DNA of 64,000 nt from Vicinamibacteria bacterium. Its GTDB lineage: Bacteria > Acidobacteriota > Vicinamibacteria > Marinacidobacterales > Marinacidobacteraceae. This document shows, piece by piece, positions 20,043 through 29,745 of this stretch (the stretch's first letter is position 1; each line of letters opens with the position of its first letter). The DNA lies in NCBI GenBank assembly GCA_963668695.2, contig CAXXLQ010000004.1:2368001-2432000 (forward strand), given 5' to 3'. The notes beneath the pieces were generated by a model. That model had not been told where the DNA came from and made no database searches. It saw only the letters and a program-made list of their open reading frames with translations. The translations under genes and the position numbers were made by a program.

Positions 20043-21689
20043 GTGGCTGAGGTCGCCTATCTGAAGGACCTGGTCGTCGTGCTGGCGGCGTCGGTCCTGG
20101 TAGTGGCCGTGTTGCGGCGGCTCGGCGTTCCTCCCATCGCAGGATTCATCCTCACCGGCGCACTGGCCGGTCCAGCCGCGCTCGGCCTCGTCGATAACAC
20201 CCACGAGGTCGAGGTGCTCGCCGAGGTCGGGATTGTGCTCCTCCTCTTCGGCATCGGGATGGAGCTCTCGCTCGAGCGACTCCGCCGCCTCTGGAAGCCC
20301 GTCCTGGTGGGCGGTGGACTTCAGGTTGCGCTTGCCGTCGCCGGCGCGGCGGGTGTCTGCGTGTTCTTCGGGCTGAAGCCAGGGTCGGCCGTTTTCGTCG
20401 GATTCGTGGTTGCGGTATCGAGCACTGCGGTCGTGCTTCGCGGTTTGGCGGCGCGGGGCGAGCTCGAAGCGCCGCACGGCCAGCTCGCGCTCGGCATTCT
20501 GGTCTTCCAGGATCTCTGCGTCGTGCCAATGATTCTCGCGCTCCCGTTTCTCGCCGGGGAGGGAGGTCCGCCGCAGGAAGTCGCCTGGGCCGTCGGTAAG
20601 ACGCTCCTCATCCTCGGCGGCGTGCTCCTTGCCGCGGGCGCGCTGGTCCCCCGGCTGCTGGCGCTGGCCGCCGGTACCCGCGAGCGGGAGTTGTTCGTCC
20701 TGACCGTCTTCCTGGTCTGTTTCGGCGTCACCTGGGCGCTCTCGGCGGCCGGGATCTCATTGGCGCTCGGTGCTTTCCTCGCCGGGCTCATTGTCGGCGG
20801 CAGCGAGTTCCGTCGCCACGCGACCGCCGAAGTGATCCCCGCGCGGGACGTGCTCGCGTGTCTCTTCTTCGTCTCCGTCGGGATGCTGCTGGACGTCGGA
20901 GCCGCCAGCGCGCAGCTTCCCGTTATCCTGGGGATGCTCGGGGCGATCCTCGCGGGCAAGTTCCTGATCGTCCTCGCGGCTGCGCGGGTGCTGCAGCTCC
21001 CGCTGCGGGTCGGGATCCTTTCGGCGGCTGCCCTGTGCCAGATCGGCGAGTTCTCCTTCGTGCTCCTGAACGCCGCTTCCGGAAGCGGACTTCTCGAAGA
21101 GAGCCTTTCCCAGAACCTGCTCGTCGCGATCATCCTCTCCATGCTGCTGACTCCGGTGGTCCTGGCGGCCGGCCCCCGGCTCGCGCTGCGCGCGGCACGG
21201 ATCCCGTGGCTGGACCGGCTGCTAGGCGCACAGCCGCCGGGGGCGGACGCCCGCGAACCGCACCGCGACCATGTGGTCATTGCGGGCTACGGCCTCGCCG
21301 GCCGGGAAATCTGCCGGGCGCTCCGAGAGGCCGGGCCCCGCTACCTCGTCCTGGACATTCGCGCCGAGAACGTGCGGGCCGCCAATGCCGCCGGGGACTG
21401 GGCGGTGCTGGCCGACGTCACCCGGAAGGAGGTCCTCCAGGAGATCGGCTGCGAGCACGCGCAGCTCGTCGTACTCGCGGTCAACGACCCCGGCGCCACG
21501 GAACTTGCTATCCGGACGATTCGCACGATGGCCCCCGAGGTTCCGATCCTCGCCCGCACCCAGTACGAGCTGGACCGGCCATCCCTCCACGCGGCCGGTG
21601 CGACCTCGGTCGTCACCGGGGAAAGCGCCGCGAGCGCCGGCCTTGTCTCCGCCTGTCTCGCGGCGCTTGCAAGGAGTGGGCGCAGTTGA
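20043..21689 (+). CDS. CPA2 cation:proton antiporter with TrkA-N (KTN) domain
   Basis: AEVGIVLLLFGIGME, SSTAVV, ILVFQD, QIGEFSF, HVVIAGYG; SD GGAGGAG. Confidence 0.9.
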   Translation: MAEVAYLKDLVVVLAASVLVVAVLRRLGVPPIAGFILTGALAGPAALGLVDNTHEVEVLAEVGIVLLLFGIGMELSLERLRRLWKPVLVGGGLQVALAVAGAAGVCVFFGLKPGSAVFVGFVVAVSSTAVVLRGLAARGELEAPHGQLALGILVFQDLCVVPMILALPFLAGEGGPPQEVAWAVGKTLLILGGVLLAAGALVPRLLALAAGTRERELFVLTVFLVCFGVTWALSAAGISLALGAFLAGLIVGGSEFRRHATAEVIPARDVLACLFFVSVGMLLDVGAASAQLPVILGMLGAILAGKFLIVLAAARVLQLPLRVGILSAAALCQIGEFSFVLLNAASGSGLLEESLSQNLLVAIILSMLLTPVVLAAGPRLALRAARIPWLDRLLGAQPPGADAREPHRDHVVIAGYGLAGREICRALREAGPRYLVLDIRAENVRAANAAGDWAVLADVTRKEVLQEIGCEHAQLVVLAVNDPGATELAIRTIRTMAPEVPILARTQYELDRPSLHAAGATSVVTGESAASAGLVSACLAALARSGRS

Positions 21690-21861
21690 CGCGTCGTCGC
21701 TCACCGCCAGCGGTTCGCGACAGCCGGACCCCGATGCTCCGGCGCGAGCTGGCCCCGTGGTAGCCTCCGCCGCCTGATGCAGCTCGACGAATCCGCCCAG
21801 CCTCCGGAACGCAGCCGGAGAAGCGTCGTCACCGTCGAGGTGCGCCCTTCCGGTACTCGCC

Positions 21862-23220
21862 ATGATTCTCACCAAGACCCCGCTACTTGCGGAGACGGTG
21901 CGCAAGCTGGTGTCCCGGGGGGCCTTCGCTAACGCACACCGCATCCTCGAAAAGCTGCATCCGGCGGATGTGGCCCAGGTGCTGGCCGATCTGCCGGACG
22001 CGTACCGGCTGAAGACGTTCCGGGTCGTCTTCCAGCGGGATCTCAATCTCGCCGCCACCGCGCTCGGAGAACTTGGAGTCGAGCGGGCCGCGCACCTCGT
22101 GGCCCGGCTCGAACCCGCCGAGATCTCCCAACTCCTCCAGGAACTCGACCCCGATGACGCGGCGGAGTTCCTGAGCGAACTCCCGGAGGAACTCCGGGAG
22201 CAGGTGCTCCGCGGGATGCGGACCCGCGAGGCCTCCGATGTCGAGGACCTGCTCCAGTATCCGGAGGAGACCGCCGGGCGGATCATGAGCCCGAAGGTGT
22301 TCTCGGTCCCCGAGGACGCCACCATCGGCGAGACGATCGCGCGCCTCCAGGAATCTCCCGACGTGGAGATGGTCTTCTACATCTATGTGGTGGACCGCCA
22401 CGGAACCCTGTTAGGGGTCCTCTCGCTGCGCCAGCTCCTCCAGCGCCGCCCCGAGGCGCTGCTCTCCGAGGTCATGGTGACCGACGTCCTCCGGGTGCGC
22501 ACCGAGATGGATCAGGAAGAGGTCGCCCAACTGGTCGCGAGCTACCACATCCTCGCCGTCCCGGTGGTGAACCAGCAGGGGAAGCTGGTCGGAGTCATCA
22601 CCGTGGACGACGTGATCGACGTCATCAAGGAAGAGGCCACCGAAGACATGTACCGGATGGCCGGGCTCGGCGTCTCGGAGAGCGTCTTCACGCAGGCCCC
22701 GCGTTCCATCCGGATGCGGATCCCCTGGCTCGGCGTGAACCTCGCCACCGCTTTTGTGGCGGCCTGGGTGGTCAGTCTCTTCGAGGAGTCCATCGCGCAA
22801 TTCGCGATCCTCGCGGTGTTCATGCCCATGGTGCCGCTGCTCGGGGGTAACGCCGGAAACCAGACGCTGACGGTGATGGTGCGCGGCATCGCGCTGGGCG
22901 AATTGAGCTGGAAAAACAGCCGGCAGGCGCTCATCAAGGAACTCGCCGTCGGCTCGGCCAACGGGCTCATCATCGGCGTGCTCATCGCCGCTTTCGCCTG
23001 GATCTGGAGGGGGGATCTACGCATCGGCCTCGCCCTCGCGGTGGCGTTGGTCGGCACCATGGTGGTGGCGGCCGTCGTGGGCACGCTGGTGCCGCTCACC
23101 CTGCGCTGGCTCAAGGTGGACCCCGCGCTCGCTTCGTCGGTGTTCGTCACCACCGCCACCGATGTGGCGGGCTTTCTCCTGTTCCTCAGCGTTGGGGTGG
23201 CGGCGCTCACCCATCTCTGA
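21862..23220 (+). CDS. mgtE: Magnesium transporter
   Basis: HPADVA N-domain, CBS pair, GGNAGNQ, DPALAS, TTATD. Confidence 0.95.
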   Translation: MILTKTPLLAETVRKLVSRGAFANAHRILEKLHPADVAQVLADLPDAYRLKTFRVVFQRDLNLAATALGELGVERAAHLVARLEPAEISQLLQELDPDDAAEFLSELPEELREQVLRGMRTREASDVEDLLQYPEETAGRIMSPKVFSVPEDATIGETIARLQESPDVEMVFYIYVVDRHGTLLGVLSLRQLLQRRPEALLSEVMVTDVLRVRTEMDQEEVAQLVASYHILAVPVVNQQGKLVGVITVDDVIDVIKEEATEDMYRMAGLGVSESVFTQAPRSIRMRIPWLGVNLATAFVAAWVVSLFEESIAQFAILAVFMPMVPLLGGNAGNQTLTVMVRGIALGELSWKNSRQALIKELAVGSANGLIIGVLIAAFAWIWRGDLRIGLALAVALVGTMVVAAVVGTLVPLTLRWLKVDPALASSVFVTTATDVAGFLLFLSVGVAALTHL

Positions 23221-23374
23221 GGGCGAAACCATCAGTAGGGACGGTTTTCGTCCCACCTGGCGAACACATGCAAGAGCGGTGTTCTGCTCGTCATGTTCGG
23301 ACGCGCCATGCGCTGACCGTCGGGCGGATGTGAGACACCTTTCCGAAGGACCCCGGCAAAAGGAGACAGGGATC

Positions 23375-23402
23375 TTGACATCCAATAACGCTGCGTTATT
23401 CT
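23375..23402 (+). promoter_or_regulatory. Sigma70-like promoter with overlapping palindromic operator candidate
   Basis: TTGACA (23375-80), 16 bp, TATTCT; perfect inverted repeat AATAACGC-T-GCGTTATT (23384-23400). Confidence 0.55.
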
Positions 23403-23467
23403 GACTGACACTGAGTGAGACAAGGGGATGAATGGGATCACATAAGCGAAAGTAAGGAGTCGCAACC

Positions 23468-24283
23468 ACGAAACAACTGAAGTTTGGATACGTTAGCGCC
23501 GTATTGGCAACGGCACTGTTTGTCGCAATGAGTGTTTGGACCTCGGGTTCGGATGGGTCTTCGAAAGTTCCGTCATCGCCGAACCCGGTATCTACGAACT
23601 CCCTTGCGGATACTCAGAAGTCCTCTCCTCGTGCGAAAGAAGACACAGTCGCTTCCGAGCGGGTAGGAGCCAGTGTTGACGCGGTGTTGGCATATGAGTT
23701 TTCTGTGCTGGTGGACAGCAATACAGGCGACAACTGGAGAGCGACGGTAGAGAAATTCCTGTATATCGACTTCCAGCAAAGAGGGGATGACCTATGACGA
23801 ACAGGAAGCTCTTCGTCAGTTCTATCGGACGGTTCTGGACAGAAATCTCGCGGCATCGGGAGCACCGTCTGAGGGCGAAGACCGAAAGCTGTCCCTGATT
23901 CGCGAGGAGTTGCGGCGGACGGCGCTGGCATCTCGTCTCCCCCGGAAAACATCACCGTTCTCGACGAGAAGGAAGACAAGACACAGACACGGTCTGGGGG
24001 CGACTGCGACGACTGCGACACGTATCAGGGGTGCGCGTGGCGAGCGAGGAACAAATGTCAGCGCTACGCTGACGCGGAAGCAGCGGTGATCAGCGCGGCT
24101 GCGGTCTATGGATGCACCTTTGTAGGTGTTATCGGTGGCACGGTTACTGCCAACCCACTGATCGGCGTAGGTTCATGTCTTGCGTGTCGCTTGCTTTCGG
24201 CAGGTTATCTGAACTACATAAAGAGACTGCTGGAGGAGGAATGCACGGTGATGACGTGCGGGTACTATCCTCATTGCATCTGA
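23468..24283 (+). pseudogene. Secreted precursor with 10-Cys C-terminal domain, split by frameshifts; ACG in the start position
   Basis: SD AAGGAG then ACG-KQLKFGYVSAVLATALFVAMS (signal-like); first and last segments share a frame and the middle segment is offset by one base. Confidence 0.55.
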
Positions 24284-24335
24284 AGGAGAAAATGATGAGT
24301 GATTCTTTGCACACGAGTGGGGAGTGGAAATAGGT

Positions 24336-24749
24336 ATGAAGTATTGGAGGACATGGAATTGCTCTTTGGTGATCGGACTGGGTTTGAGTGGAATCCCGTT
24401 GCTTCTGGTGTGGCCGGGGAACGCGACGGACGCTCTCTTCTTGCCGACGATCGGAGTCGCACTGATGTTCATGTACGCATACAAGAATGGGCGTTTGTTG
24501 CAGCGTCGCGCCGTGTTGGCATGGAGTCTCGCGTTGCTGGTTATTCCGCTTCCGTTGGTGGCCACGACGTACTTTCCGGAGTCAAACCAACATCCATGGT
24601 CGCCGACGTCCGCGGCGGTCGTAACGGGCTGCGGCCTCGCGGCGGCGGTAGCGATCGCGGCAGTGTTGGCGGCAGTCGCGCAGCGAGGCGCAACGAACGG
24701 CTGGTTTTGGAAGTTCCTGAGGGCGATTGATCCCAAGGGCTCCGGATAG
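24336..24749 (+). CDS. Small ~4-TM membrane protein, candidate immunity/partner (may start at 24292 with a frameshift)
   Basis: Four hydrophobic stretches; SD AAGGAG overlaps the upstream stop and precedes ATG 24292. Confidence 0.6.
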   Translation: MKYWRTWNCSLVIGLGLSGIPLLLVWPGNATDALFLPTIGVALMFMYAYKNGRLLQRRAVLAWSLALLVIPLPLVATTYFPESNQHPWSPTSAAVVTGCGLAAAVAIAAVLAAVAQRGATNGWFWKFLRAIDPKGSG

Positions 24750-25243
24750 TACGAACCTCGGGAGTGGCCGGGGGCTTCGGACCGAAATCGAGTGGCCATC
24801 GGCCGAACGACGCGCGTGCGAAATGTGGCACCTTTGCACGGCTGAATCCCCGGCGGCGCACCCATTGGCCGCGGGTGGGCGTGGAGCGGCGGAGACCACC
24901 CGGCTGCTTCGTGGGCGGTGGTAGGTCGGGCGGCAGCCGCTTGGGCCCGAGGTCGCGGTCGAGGTCTCCGCCGGCGGCCCTCCAAGGCGCTCCGGGTGGG
25001 GGCACGGGGAGCGGTGGACTTCGTGACGGGCGTGGAGACAGCTCTCGCGGCCGAAGCGGGGTTGCCCATCGCCGCGCAGTAGGCCCGTGCGGCGACCGGC
25101 AAAGCCGTGGCGGCAAGCGGCAGGGATCGCGCGCGATGGATCGGAGGAACGGTTGTCTGGTGAAATCCCCTGGGGATTTGGCCCGAAGTTCAGTCAAGAA
25201 TTCCAGAGGTTCCACCCATCCACGCCATTTACGCTCATCTCCC

Positions 25244-26020
25244 ATGCCCCTCAAGCAGTCCCGCGCTTTCGTCCTCCGCACCTACCCGGTCGCCGAGGCC
25301 GACCGGGTGTGCGTGTTGTTCAGCGCCGACGAGGGGAAGGTCCGCGCCTGGGCCCGCGGGGCCCGGCGGCCCAAGTCACCGTATGGGGGCGCCCTCGACA
25401 TCGGGAACGAGGTGGACGCGGGCTGGTTCGAGCGGGAGGGCAGGGAACTCGTCAGCCTCGACCGCTGCGAACTCGTCACTTCCGCGCTGCCGCTGGTCCG
25501 CGATCCGGTGCGGGCCGCGGCTCTGGGCTACCTTTCCCGGCTCGTGGACACCTTCGCCCCCGACCGGGAAGCCGACCCGAGGCTTTACCGGCTGATCGCC
25601 GCCTGCCGGGACGCGCTGCTCGACGAGCGGCCGGCGGAACTCGTAGTCGCCTATTTCGAGGCGTGGCTGCTGCGCCTCTCGGGGCTCTATCCACGGCCCG
25701 GCCGCTGCGCCTGCGGGTCGGGATTCGAGGAGGGGGGGGCGGTGTTCTTCGCCGCCGGCCCGGTGTACGCCTGTAGCCGGTGTGCCCCGGGGCACGGAGA
25801 ACCGACGGACCGTCTCTCCTCCGGAGCGCTGCGTCTGCTCGAGGCGTTCTGGGTGGCGCCTCCCTCTGCCTCTCTCCCCGACCTCTCGTCCGCCGGCGAA
25901 CTGTTCCGTTTCCACGGCGGACTGACCGCCGCCTTCGCCGAGCGGGCGCTCCCGGCCCGCCAGGCGCTCGAGGGCATCCTCCGGCCTGGAGCCGGCGGCC
26001 TGGGAGAGGCCGCCCGATGA
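25244..26020 (+). CDS. recO: DNA repair protein RecO
   Basis: [23 protein letters not shown], Zn-finger CxC..CxxC; upstream of glyQ. Confidence 0.9.
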   Translation: MPLKQSRAFVLRTYPVAEADRVCVLFSADEGKVRAWARGARRPKSPYGGALDIGNEVDAGWFEREGRELVSLDRCELVTSALPLVRDPVRAAALGYLSRLVDTFAPDREADPRLYRLIAACRDALLDERPAELVVAYFEAWLLRLSGLYPRPGRCACGSGFEEGGAVFFAAGPVYACSRCAPGHGEPTDRLSSGALRLLEAFWVAPPSASLPDLSSAGELFRFHGGLTAAFAERALPARQALEGILRPGAGGLGEAAR

Positions 26021-26856
26021 CGTTCCAGGATCTGATCGCGAAGCTGTCCGGCTTCTGGGCCGCAAAGGGCGCCGTCGTAGCGCAGCCCTACGACATGGAA
26101 ATGGGCGCGGGGACCATGCATCCGGAGACGTTCTTCCGGGTGCTCGGCCGGGAGCCGTGGAAGGTCGTCTATGTGCAGCCCTCCCGCCGGCCCGCTGACG
26201 GCCGCTACGGCGAAAACCCGAACCGCCTCTACAAACACCACCAGCTCCAGCTCATCCTGAAGCCGGCGCCGCAGAACATCCAGGATCTCTACCTGGAGAG
26301 TCTCGCCGCCTGTGGCGTGGACGCCGCCGAACACGACCTCCGTTTCGAGGAAGACAACTGGGCGGCGCCCACCCTCGGGGCCTGGGGAGTCGGCTGGCAG
26401 GTCGTGCTCGACGGGCTCGAGATCAGCCAGTTCACCTATTTCCAGCAGGCGGGCGGCATCGAGCTTGCCCCGATCTCGGTTGAGATCACCTACGGGCTGG
26501 AGCGCCTCGCCATGTACCTGCAGGACGTGGACGACGTATATGACCTGGAATGGACTCGTGGGGTGGACTACCGCACGGTGCGGCTCGCCGACGAGCAGCA
26601 GTCGTCGCGCTACGCGTTCGAGGAGGCTGACACTCAGGCGCTGAGCCGGGGTTTTGACGAGGCCATCGCCGAGGGTCCCCGTCTGATCAAGGGTGGATTG
26701 GTGCTGCCAGGCTACGAGCAGTGCCTCCGCGCCTCGCATCTCTTCAACCTGCTCGATTCCCGCGGCGCTGTCTCCGTCAGTGACCGAGCGAGGCGGATCC
26801 TGGCCGTACGCGGCGTGGCCACCGCCGCTGCGAACCGCTACCTCGAAGACCGATGA
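26017..26856 (+). CDS. glyQ: Glycine--tRNA ligase alpha subunit
   Basis: [40 protein letters not shown]. Confidence 0.97.
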   Translation: MTFQDLIAKLSGFWAAKGAVVAQPYDMEMGAGTMHPETFFRVLGREPWKVVYVQPSRRPADGRYGENPNRLYKHHQLQLILKPAPQNIQDLYLESLAACGVDAAEHDLRFEEDNWAAPTLGAWGVGWQVVLDGLEISQFTYFQQAGGIELAPISVEITYGLERLAMYLQDVDDVYDLEWTRGVDYRTVRLADEQQSSRYAFEEADTQALSRGFDEAIAEGPRLIKGGLVLPGYEQCLRASHLFNLLDSRGAVSVSDRARRILAVRGVATAAANRYLEDR

Positions 26857-29005
26857 GCGGCAAGGAACTCCTGATCGAGATCGGTTGTGAGGAGATCCCC
26901 GCGGGCTGGGTCGAAGGATTTACCGCGGAGTTCGCGAAGGCTGTTTCCGACGGACTCGAGAAGGAGCGGCTGGGGGCTGCGGAGATCGGTTCCCACAGCA
27001 CGCTCCGCCGGCTGGTCGTGCACGCCACCGGAGTCCCGGGTCCCAGGAGGATGAGGTCCGCGACGTCCTTGGTCCCCCGTGGCGGCTGGCGAAGGATCCC
27101 GAGGGCGGCTGGAGCCGTGCGGCCGCCGGGTTCGCCCGCCGCCAGGGGATCGGAGAAGCGGACTTTGACGCGGCGCTCCGTGCGGTGGACACCCCGCGCG
27201 GTCAGTACCTCGGGGTCCGCCAGGTGGTCCCGGGGCGCCCGGCGGTCGAGATGGTGCCGGGAATCCTCGAGAGTGCGCTCCGTTCGCTGGCGATCCCGAA
27301 GGCGATGAACTGGGATGCCTCCATCGGGGGCAAGCCGTTCCCGTTCGCGCGGCCCATCCGCTGGATCGTCGCGCTGCTGGGGGAAGAGGTGATCCCGTTC
27401 CGGATCGAGGTTGCGGGCGGGACTCCCGTCGTGGCCGGAGACCGGAGCTACGGACACCGGTCCCGGACCACGGTGGCAGGAGAGGCGCCCGGAGCCTCGT
27501 TCGCGGTGCGTTCGTTCGAGGGGCTTCGGGACGATCTTCGGGATCGCTGCGTCGTGCTCGACGACGACGAGCGGAAGAACCAGTTGCTCGAAGCGTTGGG
27601 CCAGTGTCAGAGCGAAGCGGGAGAGCCGGCCGAAATCGGAGACGCTGTCGACGTGCACAGCAACCTGGTGGAGTACCCGGGATCGGTGCTGGGTGGGTTC
27701 CCCGAGGAATTCCTTTCGTTGCCGAAGGAGATCCGGGACACCGTCCTCATTCATCATCAGAAGTACTTCCCATTCCCGGCGAAACCGCTCTTCATCGCCG
27801 TCACCAACCTGCCGGACGACCCGGACGGGCAGGTCCGCCGGGGCGCCGAACGGGTGGTGGTGGCCCGGTTCCGGGACGCGCGCTTCTTCTGGGACGAGGA
27901 TCGGAAGCGGTCGCTAACCGAGACCCGGTCCCGGCTCTCGGGTGTCGTCTTCCATCACCGGCTCGGCAGCTTCCAGGAGAAGGCCGACCGGCTGGAGCGG
28001 CTTGCGGGTTGGATCGCCGGTTCGGTCGCCGCCGACGCGGACGCCGCAGCGGAAGCGGCCGGGCTCGCGAAGTGCGACCTCACCAGCAACCTGGTCGGGG
28101 AGTTCGCTTCGCTCCAGGGTGTCGTCGGCGGGCTCCTGCTCCGCGAGGAAGGAGTTCCGGACACCGTCTGGCAGGCGGTCTATGACCACTACCGGCCCGC
28201 GGGTCTCGAAGGAAATCTCCCCCGCCTTCCGGAGGGGGCTGCGGTTTCGCTGGCCGACCGGGCGGACACGCTGGCGGGGCTGTTCCTGGCCGGGGAGCAG
28301 CCGTCGGGTTCCGGCGATCCCTTCGCGCTGCGCCGGGCCGCGCTTTCGATGATTCGCGTGCTGCGGGACGCTCCCCAAGCGTTTCCGGCATATGGCGGCT
28401 GGCCGGCGCCCGAAGTCCTGCTGGATCGGGCTCTCGACGAGTTCGGCCCCGATCAGGAGGCGCGGGTCGCCGCCGTGGAGAAGCTCAGGGCCTTCGTGAA
28501 CGACCGGCTTCCGCACGCCTTCGTGGGCGCCAGGACGCCGCGCGGGGTGGTGAACGCCGTTCTCGCGATCCGGAACGTTTCCCATCCGGTTGCCGATACC
28601 TGGCAGCGGATTCAGGATCTTTCCCGGGCGGTGGAGAGCGGGGACTACGCCACCCTTGCCGCGGCCTCGCGGAGGGTGCGGCGCATTCTTTCCCCCGAGA
28701 TCCGAAACGGAAAGGGAGTCGGTCTGGCTCCGGGTCTTCTGGGCGAGCCCGCAGAGCGCCAGCTCTACGGGATGCTCGAGGAGGTCGAGGCCGAAGTTCG
28801 TCTGCGTTTCGCCGAGACCCGGTATTTCCCGGCTTTCCAGGCTCTCGCCACCCTGTCGCCCGCGATCGGCTCCTTCTTCGACGACGTGCTGGTCATGGCG
28901 GAGGACCCGGAGGTGCGGGCGAACCGGCTGGCGCTGCTGGCGCGGCTGGATGCTCTGTTCAGCGAGGTGGGGGACCTGAGCCAGATTGGGTCGGCGGCTT
29001 CATGA
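26853..29005 (+). CDS. glyS: Glycine--tRNA ligase beta subunit with a 1-bp frameshift near 27040
   Basis: [12 protein letters not shown]-terminus in one frame; [22 protein letters not shown] and VRANRLALL in another. Confidence 0.9.
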
Positions 29006-29069
29006 GGGAGAGGCGATGAGCGTTTTCGCCGTCCCCGGTTGGGTCCGGGTAGTGAGCAGGGGCAGCCGG

Positions 29070-29120
29070 GGGAGTTTCGCGGCCTGTGGCCGCGATGCCG
29101 ATCTGAAGACCGGCGTTCCC
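29070..29120 (-). repeat. REP-like family D copy
   Basis: GGGAGTTTCGCGGCCTGTGGCCGCGATGCCGATCTGAAGACCGGCGTTCC, closely similar to 12937-12987. Confidence 0.65.
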
Positions 29121-29182
29121 TTGGCTTCCCGGCATTGCGTTGGTCTTGGCGTGAGCTGCCAGGCTGTGGCAGAGGTCTGGCG

Positions 29183-29309
29183 GTATCCGTCCGCGGCGCG
29201 GAGCGCCGCGGGGGTGGGGTGTGGGGAGGGGTTTCCCTCCCCACGAAAGACGATGGCGCGGGTCGCGGAGCGATGCGCGCCATCATCCCGTGGGGGATGG
29301 GCCCCGCAC
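29183..29309 (+). repeat. Structured repeat family B, copy 2
   Basis: Conserved core GGGGTGTGGGGAGGGGTTTCCCTCCCCACGAAAGA plus a hairpin. Confidence 0.75.
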
Positions 29310-29344
29310 TCGCAGTTACGGGGTTATTGTGGAGTGGCGCAATG

Positions 29345-29530
29345 CCGACCGCGGAAAAAGCCAATGGCAGCGAACTTTGTTCGCTGCCGGCGATTTCGGG
29401 GGAAAGTGTGAAAGGGGGCACCCCCCTTTCACAATCAGTGATGACGAATCGGAACTTGCCGCCGCGCGCCGACGGCGCGCAAGGAAGTTTCGATTCCCGG
29501 CGCGGAGCGCCGGGCGGCCTCTGGGCGGGG
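29345..29530 (-). repeat. Repeat family C, single diverged copy
   Basis: Reverse-complement similarity to ~48770-48955 (TTGTGAAAGGGGG..CCCCCTTTCACACTTTCCCC). Confidence 0.6.
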
Positions 29531-29745
29531 CCCCGCCGCAATCGAACCTGATGGATCCCACCTACCCCGCGCTATGGCCCCGTCCAGAGACCGCTCGACC
29601 TGACACGCCGCGCGCCGACGGCGCGCAAGGAAGTTTCGATTCCCGGCGCGAAGCGCCGGGCGGTCTTTGGACGGGGCCCCGCCGCAATCGAACCTGACGG
29701 ATCCGACCTAATCCACGCTATGGCCCCGTCCAAAGACCGCTTGAC
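29461..29745 (+). repeat. Direct duplication (146-bp period) including the mutL start
   Basis: 29461-29599 matches 29607-29745. Confidence 0.85.

Noticed and set aside
24750-25130. Possible IS3 transposase remnant (ERRAC motif) or RNA gene
   Set aside because: Only a 5-residue match; no DDE motif, TIRs or recognisable RNA fold
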